Below the pieces are notes generated by a model. It saw nothing but the letters and a program-made list of their open reading frames with translations. It did no database searches and had not been told where the DNA came from. From contig CAVTNR010000009.1 of assembly GCA_963736115.1 (NCBI GenBank), positions 32,001 to 96,000 of the forward strand: 64,000 nt of DNA, read 5' to 3'. The position numbers and the translations under genes were made by a program. Below, in pieces: positions 50,361 through 60,437 of this stretch. The first letter of the stretch is position 1; the number at the start of each line of letters is the position of its first letter. This stretch comes from an uncultured bacterium. Its GTDB lineage: Bacteria; Zhuqueibacterota; QNDG01; DTFT01.

Positions 50361-50738
50361 ATGCCCAAGATACTGATCGCAGACGATGATCCGGACATTC
50401 TCGCCACGCTCGAGATACGGATGAAAGCCAACGGCATCCAGGTCGTGACTGCTTCGGACTGCAACCAGGCGATCAAGCTCGCCTACGCGGAGCAGCCCGA
50501 CCTGATTCTCATGGACATCAAGATGCCGTCGATCGGCGGAATCGCGACGCTGGACAACATGAAGATGTACGCGAGGACCAAGAATATCCCCGTGATATTC
50601 ATCACGGCGTTTCCGGGTCAGGAAGTGCGGGAAAAAGCCATGGAACTCGGCGCGACGGACTTCATCGCCAAGCCCTTCGATTCCGAAGAGCTGATCGCGA
50701 AGGTGAAGAAGATTCTGAAAATGGACATGGACGGCTGA
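50361..50738 (+). CDS. Single-domain response regulator
   Basis: LIADDD, LMDIKMP, FITA, KPF. Confidence 0.93.
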   Translation: MPKILIADDDPDILATLEIRMKANGIQVVTASDCNQAIKLAYAEQPDLILMDIKMPSIGGIATLDNMKMYARTKNIPVIFITAFPGQEVREKAMELGATDFIAKPFDSEELIAKVKKILKMDMDG

Positions 50739-50798
50739 CCGGCTCCTCCCAGCCCCGGACATCGGCCTCATGCCGGCCGCGGCCGGTTCCGTCCCTCT

Positions 50799-51533
50799 TC
50801 AGGCCAGGCCGGGCGACAGCCGTTCGATGAAACGCTCCCGCTGGTTCAGAAAATCGCGGGTGACCCGGTATTGCTCGGTTTCCTCGTAGGCAAGGAGTCG
50901 CGCGGGGACCGCGTCGAAGCAGTAAATCACCGCGCCCGGGCAGGAAAGCAGGATGGGCGAATGAGTGGCGGCCACGAACTGGGCGTCCCCCCGGGCCGCG
51001 GCCCGGATCAGGAGCCGGAGGAGGCGGATCTGGTTTTTGGGTGAAAGCGCGGTCTCCGGCTCGTCCAGAAGGTACAATCCGCGGCGGCTGGTCCGCGACT
51101 CGAAGAACGAGAGCAGCGACTGGCCGTGCGACTGTTCCAGCAGAGATTTCCCGCCGAAATATTCCAGCATCCCCGGATCCGCGTGCGCCCACTCGTCCAG
51201 GATCTCCGCGAAATGCTGAAACAGCTGGGATGAGAAAAAGGATCCCGGCACTGTTCCCTCCGTCCATTCCGGCCGCACCACGCGGTGCAGATCATTCTCG
51301 TACCGGTTGGTCCGGAAGCGCGTGCGTTCGCCGTTCTCCCAGATATGGATGCCGCAGGACCGGGCCATGGCTTTAAGCAGGGTCGATTTCCCGGAACCGT
51401 TCTCGCCGGTGAAAAACGTGACGGCAGTCGGAAATTCCACGGATTTCAGCTGACGGAACGCTTCCAGATTGAAGGGATACCATTCGGAAGTGGGGAATTT
51501 TTCCCGGTCGATAAAGATCCTTCTGACATGCAT
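50799..51533 (-). CDS. Stand-alone ABC/AAA-type ATPase (COG3910-like)
   Basis: YPF, GENGSGKST, SHGQS, LLDEPETALSP, ATHSPIL. Confidence 0.88.
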   Translation of the reverse strand: MHVRRIFIDREKFPTSEWYPFNLEAFRQLKSVEFPTAVTFFTGENGSGKSTLLKAMARSCGIHIWENGERTRFRTNRYENDLHRVVRPEWTEGTVPGSFFSSQLFQHFAEILDEWAHADPGMLEYFGGKSLLEQSHGQSLLSFFESRTSRRGLYLLDEPETALSPKNQIRLLRLLIRAAARGDAQFVAATHSPILLSCPGAVIYCFDAVPARLLAYEETEQYRVTRDFLNQRERFIERLSPGLA

Positions 51534-51743
51534 GGGTCGGCTCCTCTTAAACCATTGAAAGTTATTGCGATAAACGTAAATGTCAAGAAAAAATTCCCGT
51601 GAAATCGAAAATATTCCTGTTTTGACGAATATTTTAGCTGGATATTCGCCTATTAATGAAAAATATTGATTTTTTCGAATTTTTATCTTATATTTTTCCC
51701 TTTAATACCCGCAAATTTCACTCTTATAGATGAGGGGAATCCC

Positions 51744-53105
51744 ATGTCCAGTTTCGTCAACGATGTGATGGCCGAAGTCAAGGCGAAAAATCCGGCCGAG
51801 CCCGAGTTTCACCAGGCCGTTCAGGAAGTCGCCGAATCCGTTGATCTGGTTTACGAGCGTCATCCCGAATACCGCGCCGCGAAAATTTTCGAACGCATCA
51901 TCGAGCCGGAGCGCCTCATTATGTTCCGCGTCGCATGGACGGACGACCGTGGCGAGGTCCGGATCAACCGGGGATTCCGCATCCAGATGAACAGCGCCAT
52001 AGGCCCGTACAAGGGCGGCCTTCGCTTCCATCCGTCGGTGACGCTCGGCATCCTGAAATTCCTCGCATTCGAGCAGGTGTTCAAGAACAGCCTCACGTCC
52101 CTGCCCATGGGCGGCGCCAAGGGCGGATCGGATTTCGACCCGAAGGGCAAGAGCGACAGGGAAGTCATGCGGTTCTGCCAGAACTTCATGAACGAGCTGT
52201 ACCGTCACATCGGACCGGACACGGACGTGCCCGCCGGGGACATCGGCGTGGGCGGCCGGGAAATCGGGTATCTCTACGGACAGTATAAAAAGCTCGTGAA
52301 TGAATTCACCGGCGTGCTCACCGGAAAAAGTCTCAGCTGGGGCGGCTCCCTGATCCGTCCCGAAGCCACCGGATACGGCGCCGTCTACATGGCATCCGAG
52401 ATGCTCGCGACGCGTTCCGAAACGCTGAAGGGCAAGGCCTGCCTGGTCTCCGGGTCGGGCAACGTGGCCCAGTACACCGTCGAAAAACTGCTCCAGTTCG
52501 GGGCCAAACCCGTGACTCTGTCCGACTCCAACGGGTATATCTATGACGAGGCGGGAATCGACGCGGAGAAGCTGAAGTTCGTCATGGACCTGAAGAACGT
52601 CCGCCGCGGCAGGATCAAGGAATACGCGGACAAGTACAAGAGCGCGGTGTTCACGCCCATCGATCCCAAGCAGGACTTCAACCCGCTGTGGAACCACAAG
52701 GCCCAGTGCGCGTTCCCGAGCGCCACGCAGAACGAGGTCAGCCGGAAAGACGCCGAGAACCTGGTGAAGAACGGCGTTTATGTGGTCAGCGAAGGCGCGA
52801 ACATGCCCACGGTCGCGGAGGGCGTCACCGTTTTCCTGGACAAGAAAATTCTGTACGCGCCCGGCAAGGCGGCCAATGCCGGCGGCGTGGCCGTGTCGGG
52901 TCTCGAGATGTCGCAGAACAGCATGCGCCTGCCCTGGCCCCGCGAGGAAGTGGACAGCCGGCTGCAGCAGATCATGAAGAACATCCACAAGACCTGCGTG
53001 GAAACGGCTGAGCGGTTCGGCACGCCGGGCAATTACGTCAACGGCGCGAACATCGGCGGATTCCTCAAGGTCGCGAACGCCATGCTCGACCAGGGGATCG
53101 TGTAA
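51744..53105 (+). CDS. gdhA: NADP-specific glutamate dehydrogenase
   Basis: EFHQAV, GPYKGGLRFHPSV, GGAKGGSDFDP, RPEATGYG, GSGNVAQY, GKAANAGGV. Confidence 0.96.
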   Translation: MSSFVNDVMAEVKAKNPAEPEFHQAVQEVAESVDLVYERHPEYRAAKIFERIIEPERLIMFRVAWTDDRGEVRINRGFRIQMNSAIGPYKGGLRFHPSVTLGILKFLAFEQVFKNSLTSLPMGGAKGGSDFDPKGKSDREVMRFCQNFMNELYRHIGPDTDVPAGDIGVGGREIGYLYGQYKKLVNEFTGVLTGKSLSWGGSLIRPEATGYGAVYMASEMLATRSETLKGKACLVSGSGNVAQYTVEKLLQFGAKPVTLSDSNGYIYDEAGIDAEKLKFVMDLKNVRRGRIKEYADKYKSAVFTPIDPKQDFNPLWNHKAQCAFPSATQNEVSRKDAENLVKNGVYVVSEGANMPTVAEGVTVFLDKKILYAPGKAANAGGVAVSGLEMSQNSMRLPWPREEVDSRLQQIMKNIHKTCVETAERFGTPGNYVNGANIGGFLKVANAMLDQGIV

Positions 53106-53128
53106 CCTTTCTTCTGTCCGTGGAATCG

Positions 53129-53166
53129 AAACCTCCCGGAGGCTCCGAGCCTCCGGGAGGTTTTTT
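53129..53166 (+). terminator. AACCTCCC-family hairpin acting as probable terminator of gdhA
   Basis: 16-bp perfect stem running into a T tract. Confidence 0.7.
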
Positions 53167-53184
53167 GCTCAAGGAGACCTTCCG

Positions 53185-53604
53185 ATGGAAAAAGTGACGA
53201 GAGAAAAACAGCTGAAAATCACGACGGAGAACCGGCCGGGCACGCTCTCCGAGATCACCGGCCTGATCGCCGCGGACGGCGTCAATATCGAGAATTTCTG
53301 CGCCTACTCCTGCGGTGGACAGGCGATTCTGCACCTGATCACGAGCGACAACGGAAAAGCCGGCCGGGCGCTTGAAGGCCGCGGATTCCACATCGAGGAA
53401 CAGGAAGTGATCCTGCTCAGACTGTGGAACCGGCCGGGCACGCTGGCCTCGGTCACGTCTCGGCTGAAGCCGCACGGCATCAATCTGGATCACATCTACG
53501 GGACGAGCTCCATGGCCGGGGAGCGGATCACGGCGGTTTTCTCATCGGACGACAACGAGAAGGCGCTGGAGATTTTCAACTCGCTGGTGGTGGAGGAAAG
53601 CTGA
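53185..53604 (+). CDS. Tandem ACT-domain protein
   Basis: ENRPGTL..I......GVNI and NRPGTL..V...L...GINL. Confidence 0.9.
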   Translation: MEKVTREKQLKITTENRPGTLSEITGLIAADGVNIENFCAYSCGGQAILHLITSDNGKAGRALEGRGFHIEEQEVILLRLWNRPGTLASVTSRLKPHGINLDHIYGTSSMAGERITAVFSSDDNEKALEIFNSLVVEES

Positions 53605-53634
53605 AGACACAGAAAAATATTTTTGTAAATTAAC

Positions 53635-53796
53635 ACATTCCTGTTTCCGCAGGGGCGACGCATCGCGTCGCCCCTGCGACGGTGAAACATCCCCCCAACC
53701 ATTGTTTGACAAAAAATCCTTTGATTTCCTAAAAATCTTTAGATACGTTCAAACATCCCTGTTTCCGTAGGGGCGATGCGGCGCATCGCCCCGACA
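53635..53796 (+). repeat. Two GTAG-type REP hairpins with duplicated flanks
   Basis: acatYcctgtttccgYaggggcga at 53635 and 53753, each closing with tcgcccc. Confidence 0.75.
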
Positions 53797-53821
53797 ATGC
53801 CGAAAACCCGGAGGAACGGCC

Positions 53822-54115
53822 ATGCACTGCCGCCCGGGATGCGGGGCCTGCTGTATCGGCCTCTCCATCTCCTCCCCCATACCCGGCATGCCGCACGGCA
53901 AGCCGGCCGGGGTCCGCTGTATCCAGCTGACGAAAGACAACCTCTGCCGTCTGTTCGGTTCTCCGGACCGGCCGCCGGTATGCGTCCGCCTGCGGCCGAT
54001 GACCGAGATGTGCGGAGAAACCATGGAAGAGGCGCTGGCCTATCTGGAAAAGCTGGAGGCGGAAACCCGGCCCGGGTCCATTCCCACAGAAGAACCGGAA
54101 GACCGGTTGTCCTGA
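53822..54115 (+). CDS. YkgJ/YeiW (UPF0153) cysteine-cluster protein
   Basis: CRPGCGACC..SISSPIPGM..GKPAG.RC.QL....C..FG...RP.VC. Confidence 0.9.
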   Translation: MHCRPGCGACCIGLSISSPIPGMPHGKPAGVRCIQLTKDNLCRLFGSPDRPPVCVRLRPMTEMCGETMEEALAYLEKLEAETRPGSIPTEEPEDRLS

Positions 54116-54218
54116 AGGGAAGTCCGACCCGGCCCGCGGCTGTAACCTCTCTCCTGAACCGGCCGTATATAATGATGTGCCTTCCCTCCGCATCCCTTGA
54201 ATGAAGGAGAATCCCGAA

Positions 54219-57200
54219 ATGAAACGCCTGCTCCGGATCCTTCCCCTGGTTGCGCTCGGCTTTCTGGCCGTGCCGCCGGTCTTTTCCGTGGATCTGAACC
54301 TGATCGAAAACCCCGGTTTCGAAAAAACGTCCATTCCGTTCGTATCGGATTTCGAGTCGAGCCGGTTTGAAGTGTCCGGAAAGGCGTTTCACACCGGCAG
54401 GAAATCCCTGCTCTTTTCTCCCCTGAAAGAGGGCGCGGGCGTAGCCATCGACGTGTCCGCGATGGTAAAGCCGGGATTCGCGTATGCGTTCAGCGCATGG
54501 TTCCGCAACGCGGAACTCGGCTGGGGCCAGGCGGACCTGTTTTTAAACGCCGGCAGGGCCGGGAAGAACGAATCCATTCCCATCGGACGGTCGGACTGCA
54601 ATGAAAAGGACTGGAAAGCGTTTTCCGGTCTCTTCGCTGTTCCGCAGGACGCGGATCCCTCGACCTTCCGTATCGTAATCAAAACAGCCTGGGGCATGAA
54701 CGCCTTTTTCATGGATGATGTCGAGCTCCGGCCTTCGCTCCAAATCTCCGTGGAGACAACGGAACCGGCCCTGTGCCTCAGGCTCGGCCCGCCGGACCCG
54801 GACCGGACCGGGATCCGCGGACGCATCGAGATATTCGGAGATGAAGGGAAACCGGTCGGTTCCGCGGACCAGCCGCTGGATGTCCCGCTGAAAACCGTAT
54901 TGCCGGCCGGATTCTATCGAGCGGCCGCCTCATTGACTGATTTGGACGGCAGACGATTCGAGACCGAAGAACCGTTCTTCAGCGGCGAACCGGCCGCACT
55001 CATGGACAGCCTGAACCTGAAATCAGAGGCCCTCATTCAGGAGGCGGACAAGGCCGCCTACCGTGGATGGATCCGGTACCTTCAATACCGGATTTCCTGG
55101 TACCGGAAAACCGAAGGTGATGTTTCCGAAAGGGCGCTTCTCGCAGCCCACCGTCTGGCGGTCTGGATGCGGACGATCCGGGACAATCCTTCCGCGATCG
55201 ACACGTTTTCCGGCGTGCGGGAATGGGCGTACGGCTCACCGGCCGACGATTCGGGTCAGCCATTCAAGATCGCAATACCGGCCGGCTACGATAAAAACCG
55301 GACGTATCCGCTGGTCGTGGTGTTGCACGGATACGGCGGAAACCACCTGGAATACTCCGGCGGCATGGCGAGCCATCCTGATTTCTTCGAGCTCGACGTT
55401 CTCGGCCGTGCCCGCGGGGGCGGATACACCGATCTGTCCGAAGCGGACGTGCTCGACGCGGTCGATTACGTCCGGCAGCACTGGCGCATCGACGACGACC
55501 GCATCCACCTGACCGGCGCGAGCATGGGCGGCGGCGGTACGTTCAAGCTGTCCGTGCGCTATCCGGACCGCTGGGCTTCCGGCCGGCCCGTATGCGGATA
55601 CGGCACCGACCTGCCGTTCCGCAACGCGCTCACCGTGCCCCTGTATTCCACGCACAGCCAGGACGACCCCACCGTACCCGTGCTCGGATCCCGCGCGCCC
55701 CTGCGAAGACTCGCCGATGCCGGCGGCCGAGCCGTCATCGACGAGACCGACGGCCTTCAGCACGCGGCGTGGAATTACACGGAAGGGAACGCGCGCGCGG
55801 CGGAGTGGTCGAAGAGCCAGGTCCGGCCGAAGTCCCGCGACGTCCGCAGGATCGACTTCACGGCTCTGGACCGCAAATCCTGCGGCGCCTTCTGGCTCCG
55901 CATCTCGGAATGGGGGGACGATCCCCTGCCGGCCCGGTTCCAGGCGTCCGCCGGCCCGGACAACCGGCTGTACCTCCGGACGGAAAACATACGGACCTTC
56001 GGCATCCGCATTCCGGATTCTCCGTTCGACCAAACGAAGGATCTGGCCGTATCGGTCAACGGAGCCGTGTTTGTCACGGCTGCCGCGCCCCTTCCGGATT
56101 CCCTGTTCATCAACCGTGAAAAGGGCGTCTGGTCGGTCTCGCCTGTCTGGGCGCGGCGTCCCGCATTCGCGCTCCGCACAGGCGGAGGCGTTCACAATCT
56201 CTATGCCGGCGAACCGCTCCTGATCGTGTACGGCACGGCCGGAACCGATGAGGCCCGCAGGGCCATGGCGCTCGCGGCCGAGGCCGCGTCGAAGAGTCCG
56301 CATCCGCTCTGGGCCGCGGACGGGGGCGATATCAAGGACGGCGTGCCCAGCCATCACAACCTGTACGCCCGGCTGAAAACCAAGCCCGACACCGCGGTCA
56401 CCGCATCGGACCTCGCGGCCTGCCATCTGGTGCTCATCGGCAGACAGGACCAGAACCGGCTGGTGGCGAAAATGGCGGACCGCCTCCCGGTCCGTTTCGA
56501 CGGATGGATCACCTGCTCGGACGGAAAGCGGATACCGGCCGGTAAAGCCGTCATGGGCGTTTACCATCACAATCCCCTGGCGCCGCACCGTCTCATCGAC
56601 TGGGTGTCCGCGGAAAGGCCCGAGGATTACCGTCCCAGTCATTTCCTGCTGAGACTGCAGGACCAGTCCTATTCCGGGCCGGACCTGCTGGTCGTTCAGG
56701 ACGACCCGCCCAGAATCGTCCAGACCCGCAGTTTCACGAGCCGGTGGGAATGGAACACGGAACCGGAAAAAGCCTCCCTTCTGTCGCAGGCCGACTGCCT
56801 GTACGGTAACCTGGTCCGGACCGTGTCCGAGGCCGAACGCAGAGCCGTGGGCGCGGATTTTTCGCTGGCGGCCATGACCGCGCCGCCTCTCTTCGAATTG
56901 TTCACGCCCGGCGTCACCCGCTGGTTCGACATCACGGTGCTGGACCAGAACACGCCGATCGCGGTGTTCAGCCTGAAGGGATCCGAACTGCTCGACTATG
57001 GCGCGGGTTTCACGGGACAGGGATCCGGGATGCGGTTCTACCCCGAACCGAAAGCGGGGGAAATCATCCCCGGACGGACGTACCGTGTGGCGACGGAAGC
57101 CTCCTTCGATATCATGCAGAGGCTCATCAATCTGCGGAACCGCGTACCCGAGGATTTCGAGTTGACGGACGTGAAAGTCCGGCAGGCCGTTCAGCGGTAC

Positions 57201-57221
57201 CTTTTTCAATCAACTCCATGA
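54219..57221 (+). CDS. Secreted multidomain alpha/beta-hydrolase (CBM4/9-like + esterase + 5'-nucleotidase-C-like)
   Basis: Signal peptide; NLIENPGFE...DDVEL; YPLVVVLHG, GASMGG, HSQDD.TVP, GLQHAAW. Confidence 0.75.
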   Translation: MKRLLRILPLVALGFLAVPPVFSVDLNLIENPGFEKTSIPFVSDFESSRFEVSGKAFHTGRKSLLFSPLKEGAGVAIDVSAMVKPGFAYAFSAWFRNAELGWGQADLFLNAGRAGKNESIPIGRSDCNEKDWKAFSGLFAVPQDADPSTFRIVIKTAWGMNAFFMDDVELRPSLQISVETTEPALCLRLGPPDPDRTGIRGRIEIFGDEGKPVGSADQPLDVPLKTVLPAGFYRAAASLTDLDGRRFETEEPFFSGEPAALMDSLNLKSEALIQEADKAAYRGWIRYLQYRISWYRKTEGDVSERALLAAHRLAVWMRTIRDNPSAIDTFSGVREWAYGSPADDSGQPFKIAIPAGYDKNRTYPLVVVLHGYGGNHLEYSGGMASHPDFFELDVLGRARGGGYTDLSEADVLDAVDYVRQHWRIDDDRIHLTGASMGGGGTFKLSVRYPDRWASGRPVCGYGTDLPFRNALTVPLYSTHSQDDPTVPVLGSRAPLRRLADAGGRAVIDETDGLQHAAWNYTEGNARAAEWSKSQVRPKSRDVRRIDFTALDRKSCGAFWLRISEWGDDPLPARFQASAGPDNRLYLRTENIRTFGIRIPDSPFDQTKDLAVSVNGAVFVTAAAPLPDSLFINREKGVWSVSPVWARRPAFALRTGGGVHNLYAGEPLLIVYGTAGTDEARRAMALAAEAASKSPHPLWAADGGDIKDGVPSHHNLYARLKTKPDTAVTASDLAACHLVLIGRQDQNRLVAKMADRLPVRFDGWITCSDGKRIPAGKAVMGVYHHNPLAPHRLIDWVSAERPEDYRPSHFLLRLQDQSYSGPDLLVVQDDPPRIVQTRSFTSRWEWNTEPEKASLLSQADCLYGNLVRTVSEAERRAVGADFSLAAMTAPPLFELFTPGVTRWFDITVLDQNTPIAVFSLKGSELLDYGAGFTGQGSGMRFYPEPKAGEIIPGRTYRVATEASFDIMQRLINLRNRVPEDFELTDVKVRQAVQRYLFQSTP

Positions 57222-57249
57222 CCGTACAATAAAAAGCCTTTCGCCACTC

Positions 57250-57284
57250 AACCTCCCGCAGGCTCGAACAGCCTGCGGGAGGTT
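57250..57284. repeat. AACCTCCC-family hairpin
   Basis: 15-bp perfect stem aacctcccgcaggct/agcctgcgggaggtt. Confidence 0.75.
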
Positions 57285-57419
57285 TTCCCCTGCTTCGGCA
57301 ATCGTCCATCGTCATTGTTTTCATCATTTTCCCCTGGCATTTGACCGAAAAATTTAGTACGCTAAGATGCGGTAATACAATCATCTGACACGTAATCCGG
57401 CCTGCGAGGCGCCGCCTTC

Positions 57420-60400
57420 ATGCCCCAGAGTTTCAACAAATCCCTTCCCCATGCCGACCCCCTGTGGGTCGAGCACGGCTATGGCACCCGATTCCAGGGC
57501 TTCCAGAACCTCATGCGGATGCGCATCCGCGACATTCTACTCGTGTCGAGCCTTTACGACCTCTTCGTTTTCGAGGAGGACGGCCGGCTCTACGAACTGC
57601 TCCGCAGCAAGTACCAGGGCCTCAATCTCAGTCATTCCCCGGAGCTCACCCGTGTGGGCAACGGCAAGGAGGCCGTCTCCCTGCTCCAGGAAGAGAAGCG
57701 GTTCGACCTCGTTCTCACCACCCTGCACATCGAGGACATGCGGCCCGCGATTTTCGCGAAAACCCTGCGCGAAGCCGGCATCCGCGTGCCCGTGGTGCTC
57801 ATCGCCTTCGACAACCGCGAGCTGTCCGACCTCCTCCTCTACCGCGAAGCAGACGCGTTCGACGACATTTTCATCTGGCAGGGCGATTTTCAGCTCCTCA
57901 TCGCCATCATCAAGAGCCTCGAGGACCGGCTGAACGTGGACCACGACACCCATCTCGTGGGCGTCCAGTCCATCCTGATCATCGAGAACGATGTCCGCTA
58001 CTATTCCTCCCTGCTGCCGCACCTGTACATTGAGATCATGAACCAGTCGCGCCGGCTCATTTCCGAGGGCATCAACCTGTCGCACCGGCAGCTGCGCCAG
58101 CGCGCGCGTCCCAAAATCCTGTTCTGCAAGAATTACGAGGACGCCTGGACCGTCTTTTCCAAGTACAAGGACAACATCCTCGGCGTCATCTCCGACATCG
58201 ACTTCCCGCGCGGGGGCAAGCCCGATCCCGAGGCGGGCATCGATTTCACCCGGGCCCTGAAGCGCGAGAATGCGGACATCCCGGTGCTTCTCCATTCGAG
58301 CCTGCCCAACTCCGAGCGGAAGGCGAACGCGGTCGGCGCCTCCTTTCTGCGGAAGAATTCCCCGACCTTGATCGAGGGACTCCGCCGTTTCCTCATCGAA
58401 CAACTCAGCTTCGGCGATTTCGTGTTCCGCACGCCGGACGGCCGCGAGGCCGGCCGCGCGCAGGACCTGCTCTCGCTCGAGCAGGTCCTGCAGACCGTTC
58501 CCGAAAGCAGTATCGTATACCACTCCGAGCGGAACCATTTCTCCCACTGGCTCAAGGCCCGCACCGAATTCTGGCTCGCGCACAAGCTCCGGCCCCGCAA
58601 GATCAGCGACTATCCCTCGGTGTCCGTGGCCCGGGACGCCCTGATCGCGTCCCTGCGCGAGTACCGTAAGCTCCGACAGCGCGGCATCATCACCGCGTTC
58701 GAGAGCGACTCGTTCGACCCCTATTCCAGCCTGTCCAAGGTCGGGGGCGGCGCTCTGGGCGGCAAGGCCCGCGGCCTGAGCTTTGTCAATATCCTGATCA
58801 ACAACTACAACGTGCAAAACCGCTTCGAGGGCGTCAAAATCTACATCCCGCCCGCGCTCCTGATCGGGACGGACATCTTCGATCAGTTTCTCGACGACAA
58901 CCGACTCCGCGACTTCGCGGTCGAGGAGACGGACGACGCGGAAATCCTCGCCCGCTTCCTGGCCGCGCGTGTTTTCCCGGCGGAAATCATGAACAGTCTG
59001 GCCGCCTTCGTCTCTTTGATCAATGCGCCCCTGGCCGTGCGCTCCTCGTCGGTTCTGGAGGATTCGCACAACCACCCGTTCGCCGGCGTGTACAAGACCT
59101 TCATGCTGCCCAACACGGACCCCGATCCCGCCCGCCGGCTCGCCGAGCTCGTCAAGGCCATTGTGCGGGTGTACGCGTCCATGTTCTTCCGTTCGGCCAA
59201 GGACTACATCCGCGCCACCTCGTTCCGTTTCGAGGACGAGAAAATGGCCGTCATTGTGCAGAAGATGACGGGATCCCGCCTGAACAGCCGGTTCTACCCC
59301 ACCTTCTCCGGAGTCGCGCGGTCGTACAATTTCTATCCGATGGGGCCGCAGAAATATTCGGACGGCATCGCGGCCGTGGCCCTGGGTCTCGGTAAAACCG
59401 TGGTGGAGGGCGGCGCGGCGGTCCGCTTCTGCCCCAAGTATCCCGAGCAGACCGAAGGGAACCTGCTCAACAAGTCGGCGATGAGAAGCGCGCAGACCGA
59501 ATTCTTCGCGCTGGACCTCGAAGCGCGGGATACGCCGGACAGCGAGATGAAGGATTATTTCGTGAAGCCCTATCCCCTGTCGGATGCCGAAACGGACGGC
59601 AGTCTGAACTGGGTCGCCTCGACCTGGTCGGCCGACAACGACGCCCTGACCGACGGGATCGGCCGCCCCGGCCTGCGCGTGGTCTCCTTCGCGCCGATCC
59701 TGAAAAGCCGGGTCTTTCCGTTGACGGACATCCTCGAGCTTCTGCTCGACATGGGCGGCTGGAGCATGGGCACTCCGGTCGAGATCGAATTCGCCGTCAA
59801 CCTGGCCGTGCCGCCGGGCCGGCCGAAGGAGTTCAGCCTCCTGCAGATGCGGCCCATGGTGCTCAACCGGGAGCTCGAAGTCCTGAACCTCGAGGAATTC
59901 CCGCGGGAGAACCAGATCTGCCGGTCCTGCCGGGTCCTGGGAAACGGCATCCTCCGCGACCTGTACGACATCGTGCTCGTGCACCGGGACAAGTTCGAGC
60001 GGGCGAAAAGCCAGGAGACGGCCGCCGAGATCGCCCGGTTCAACGCCCGCCTGACCGGAGAGAACCGGAAATACGTGCTGGTGGGCGTCGGCCGCTGGGG
60101 AAGTATGGATCCCTGGCTGGGCATCCCGGTGACCTGGGACATGATCTCCGGGGCGCGCGCCATCGTCGAGGCTGGATTCCGCGACTTTTCCGTGATGCCG
60201 TCCCAGGGCTCGCATTTCTTCCAGAACCTCAACTCCTTTCTGGTCGGCTATTACACGGTTCCGGAGGAGGATGGGGAAAATTTCATCGACTGGGACTGGC
60301 TGCTCGCCCAGCCGGCCGCGGACGAGTCGCGGTGCGTTCGCCACCTGCGCTTCGAAAAGCCCGTGGTGGTGATGATGAGCGGCCACCAGAATCGCGGCAT

Positions 60401-60437
60401 CATCCTGAAACCGGAGGACCGGCGTGCAGGAACGTGA
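57420..60437 (+). CDS. Receiver-domain-containing PEP-synthase/PPDK N-terminal (ATP-grasp) protein
   Basis: Two REC-like domains; GGKARGL, AVRSS..ED...FAGVY, MAVIVQ, EIEFA, LQMRP; C-terminal SQGSHFFQN; no PEP-binding TIM barrel. Confidence 0.88.
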   Translation: MPQSFNKSLPHADPLWVEHGYGTRFQGFQNLMRMRIRDILLVSSLYDLFVFEEDGRLYELLRSKYQGLNLSHSPELTRVGNGKEAVSLLQEEKRFDLVLTTLHIEDMRPAIFAKTLREAGIRVPVVLIAFDNRELSDLLLYREADAFDDIFIWQGDFQLLIAIIKSLEDRLNVDHDTHLVGVQSILIIENDVRYYSSLLPHLYIEIMNQSRRLISEGINLSHRQLRQRARPKILFCKNYEDAWTVFSKYKDNILGVISDIDFPRGGKPDPEAGIDFTRALKRENADIPVLLHSSLPNSERKANAVGASFLRKNSPTLIEGLRRFLIEQLSFGDFVFRTPDGREAGRAQDLLSLEQVLQTVPESSIVYHSERNHFSHWLKARTEFWLAHKLRPRKISDYPSVSVARDALIASLREYRKLRQRGIITAFESDSFDPYSSLSKVGGGALGGKARGLSFVNILINNYNVQNRFEGVKIYIPPALLIGTDIFDQFLDDNRLRDFAVEETDDAEILARFLAARVFPAEIMNSLAAFVSLINAPLAVRSSSVLEDSHNHPFAGVYKTFMLPNTDPDPARRLAELVKAIVRVYASMFFRSAKDYIRATSFRFEDEKMAVIVQKMTGSRLNSRFYPTFSGVARSYNFYPMGPQKYSDGIAAVALGLGKTVVEGGAAVRFCPKYPEQTEGNLLNKSAMRSAQTEFFALDLEARDTPDSEMKDYFVKPYPLSDAETDGSLNWVASTWSADNDALTDGIGRPGLRVVSFAPILKSRVFPLTDILELLLDMGGWSMGTPVEIEFAVNLAVPPGRPKEFSLLQMRPMVLNRELEVLNLEEFPRENQICRSCRVLGNGILRDLYDIVLVHRDKFERAKSQETAAEIARFNARLTGENRKYVLVGVGRWGSMDPWLGIPVTWDMISGARAIVEAGFRDFSVMPSQGSHFFQNLNSFLVGYYTVPEEDGENFIDWDWLLAQPAADESRCVRHLRFEKPVVVMMSGHQNRGIILKPEDRRAGT

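Noticed and set aside
50799-51533. Anti-phage defence ATPase
   Set aside because: Short stand-alone COG3910-type ATPase with no adjacent nuclease or TOPRIM partner.
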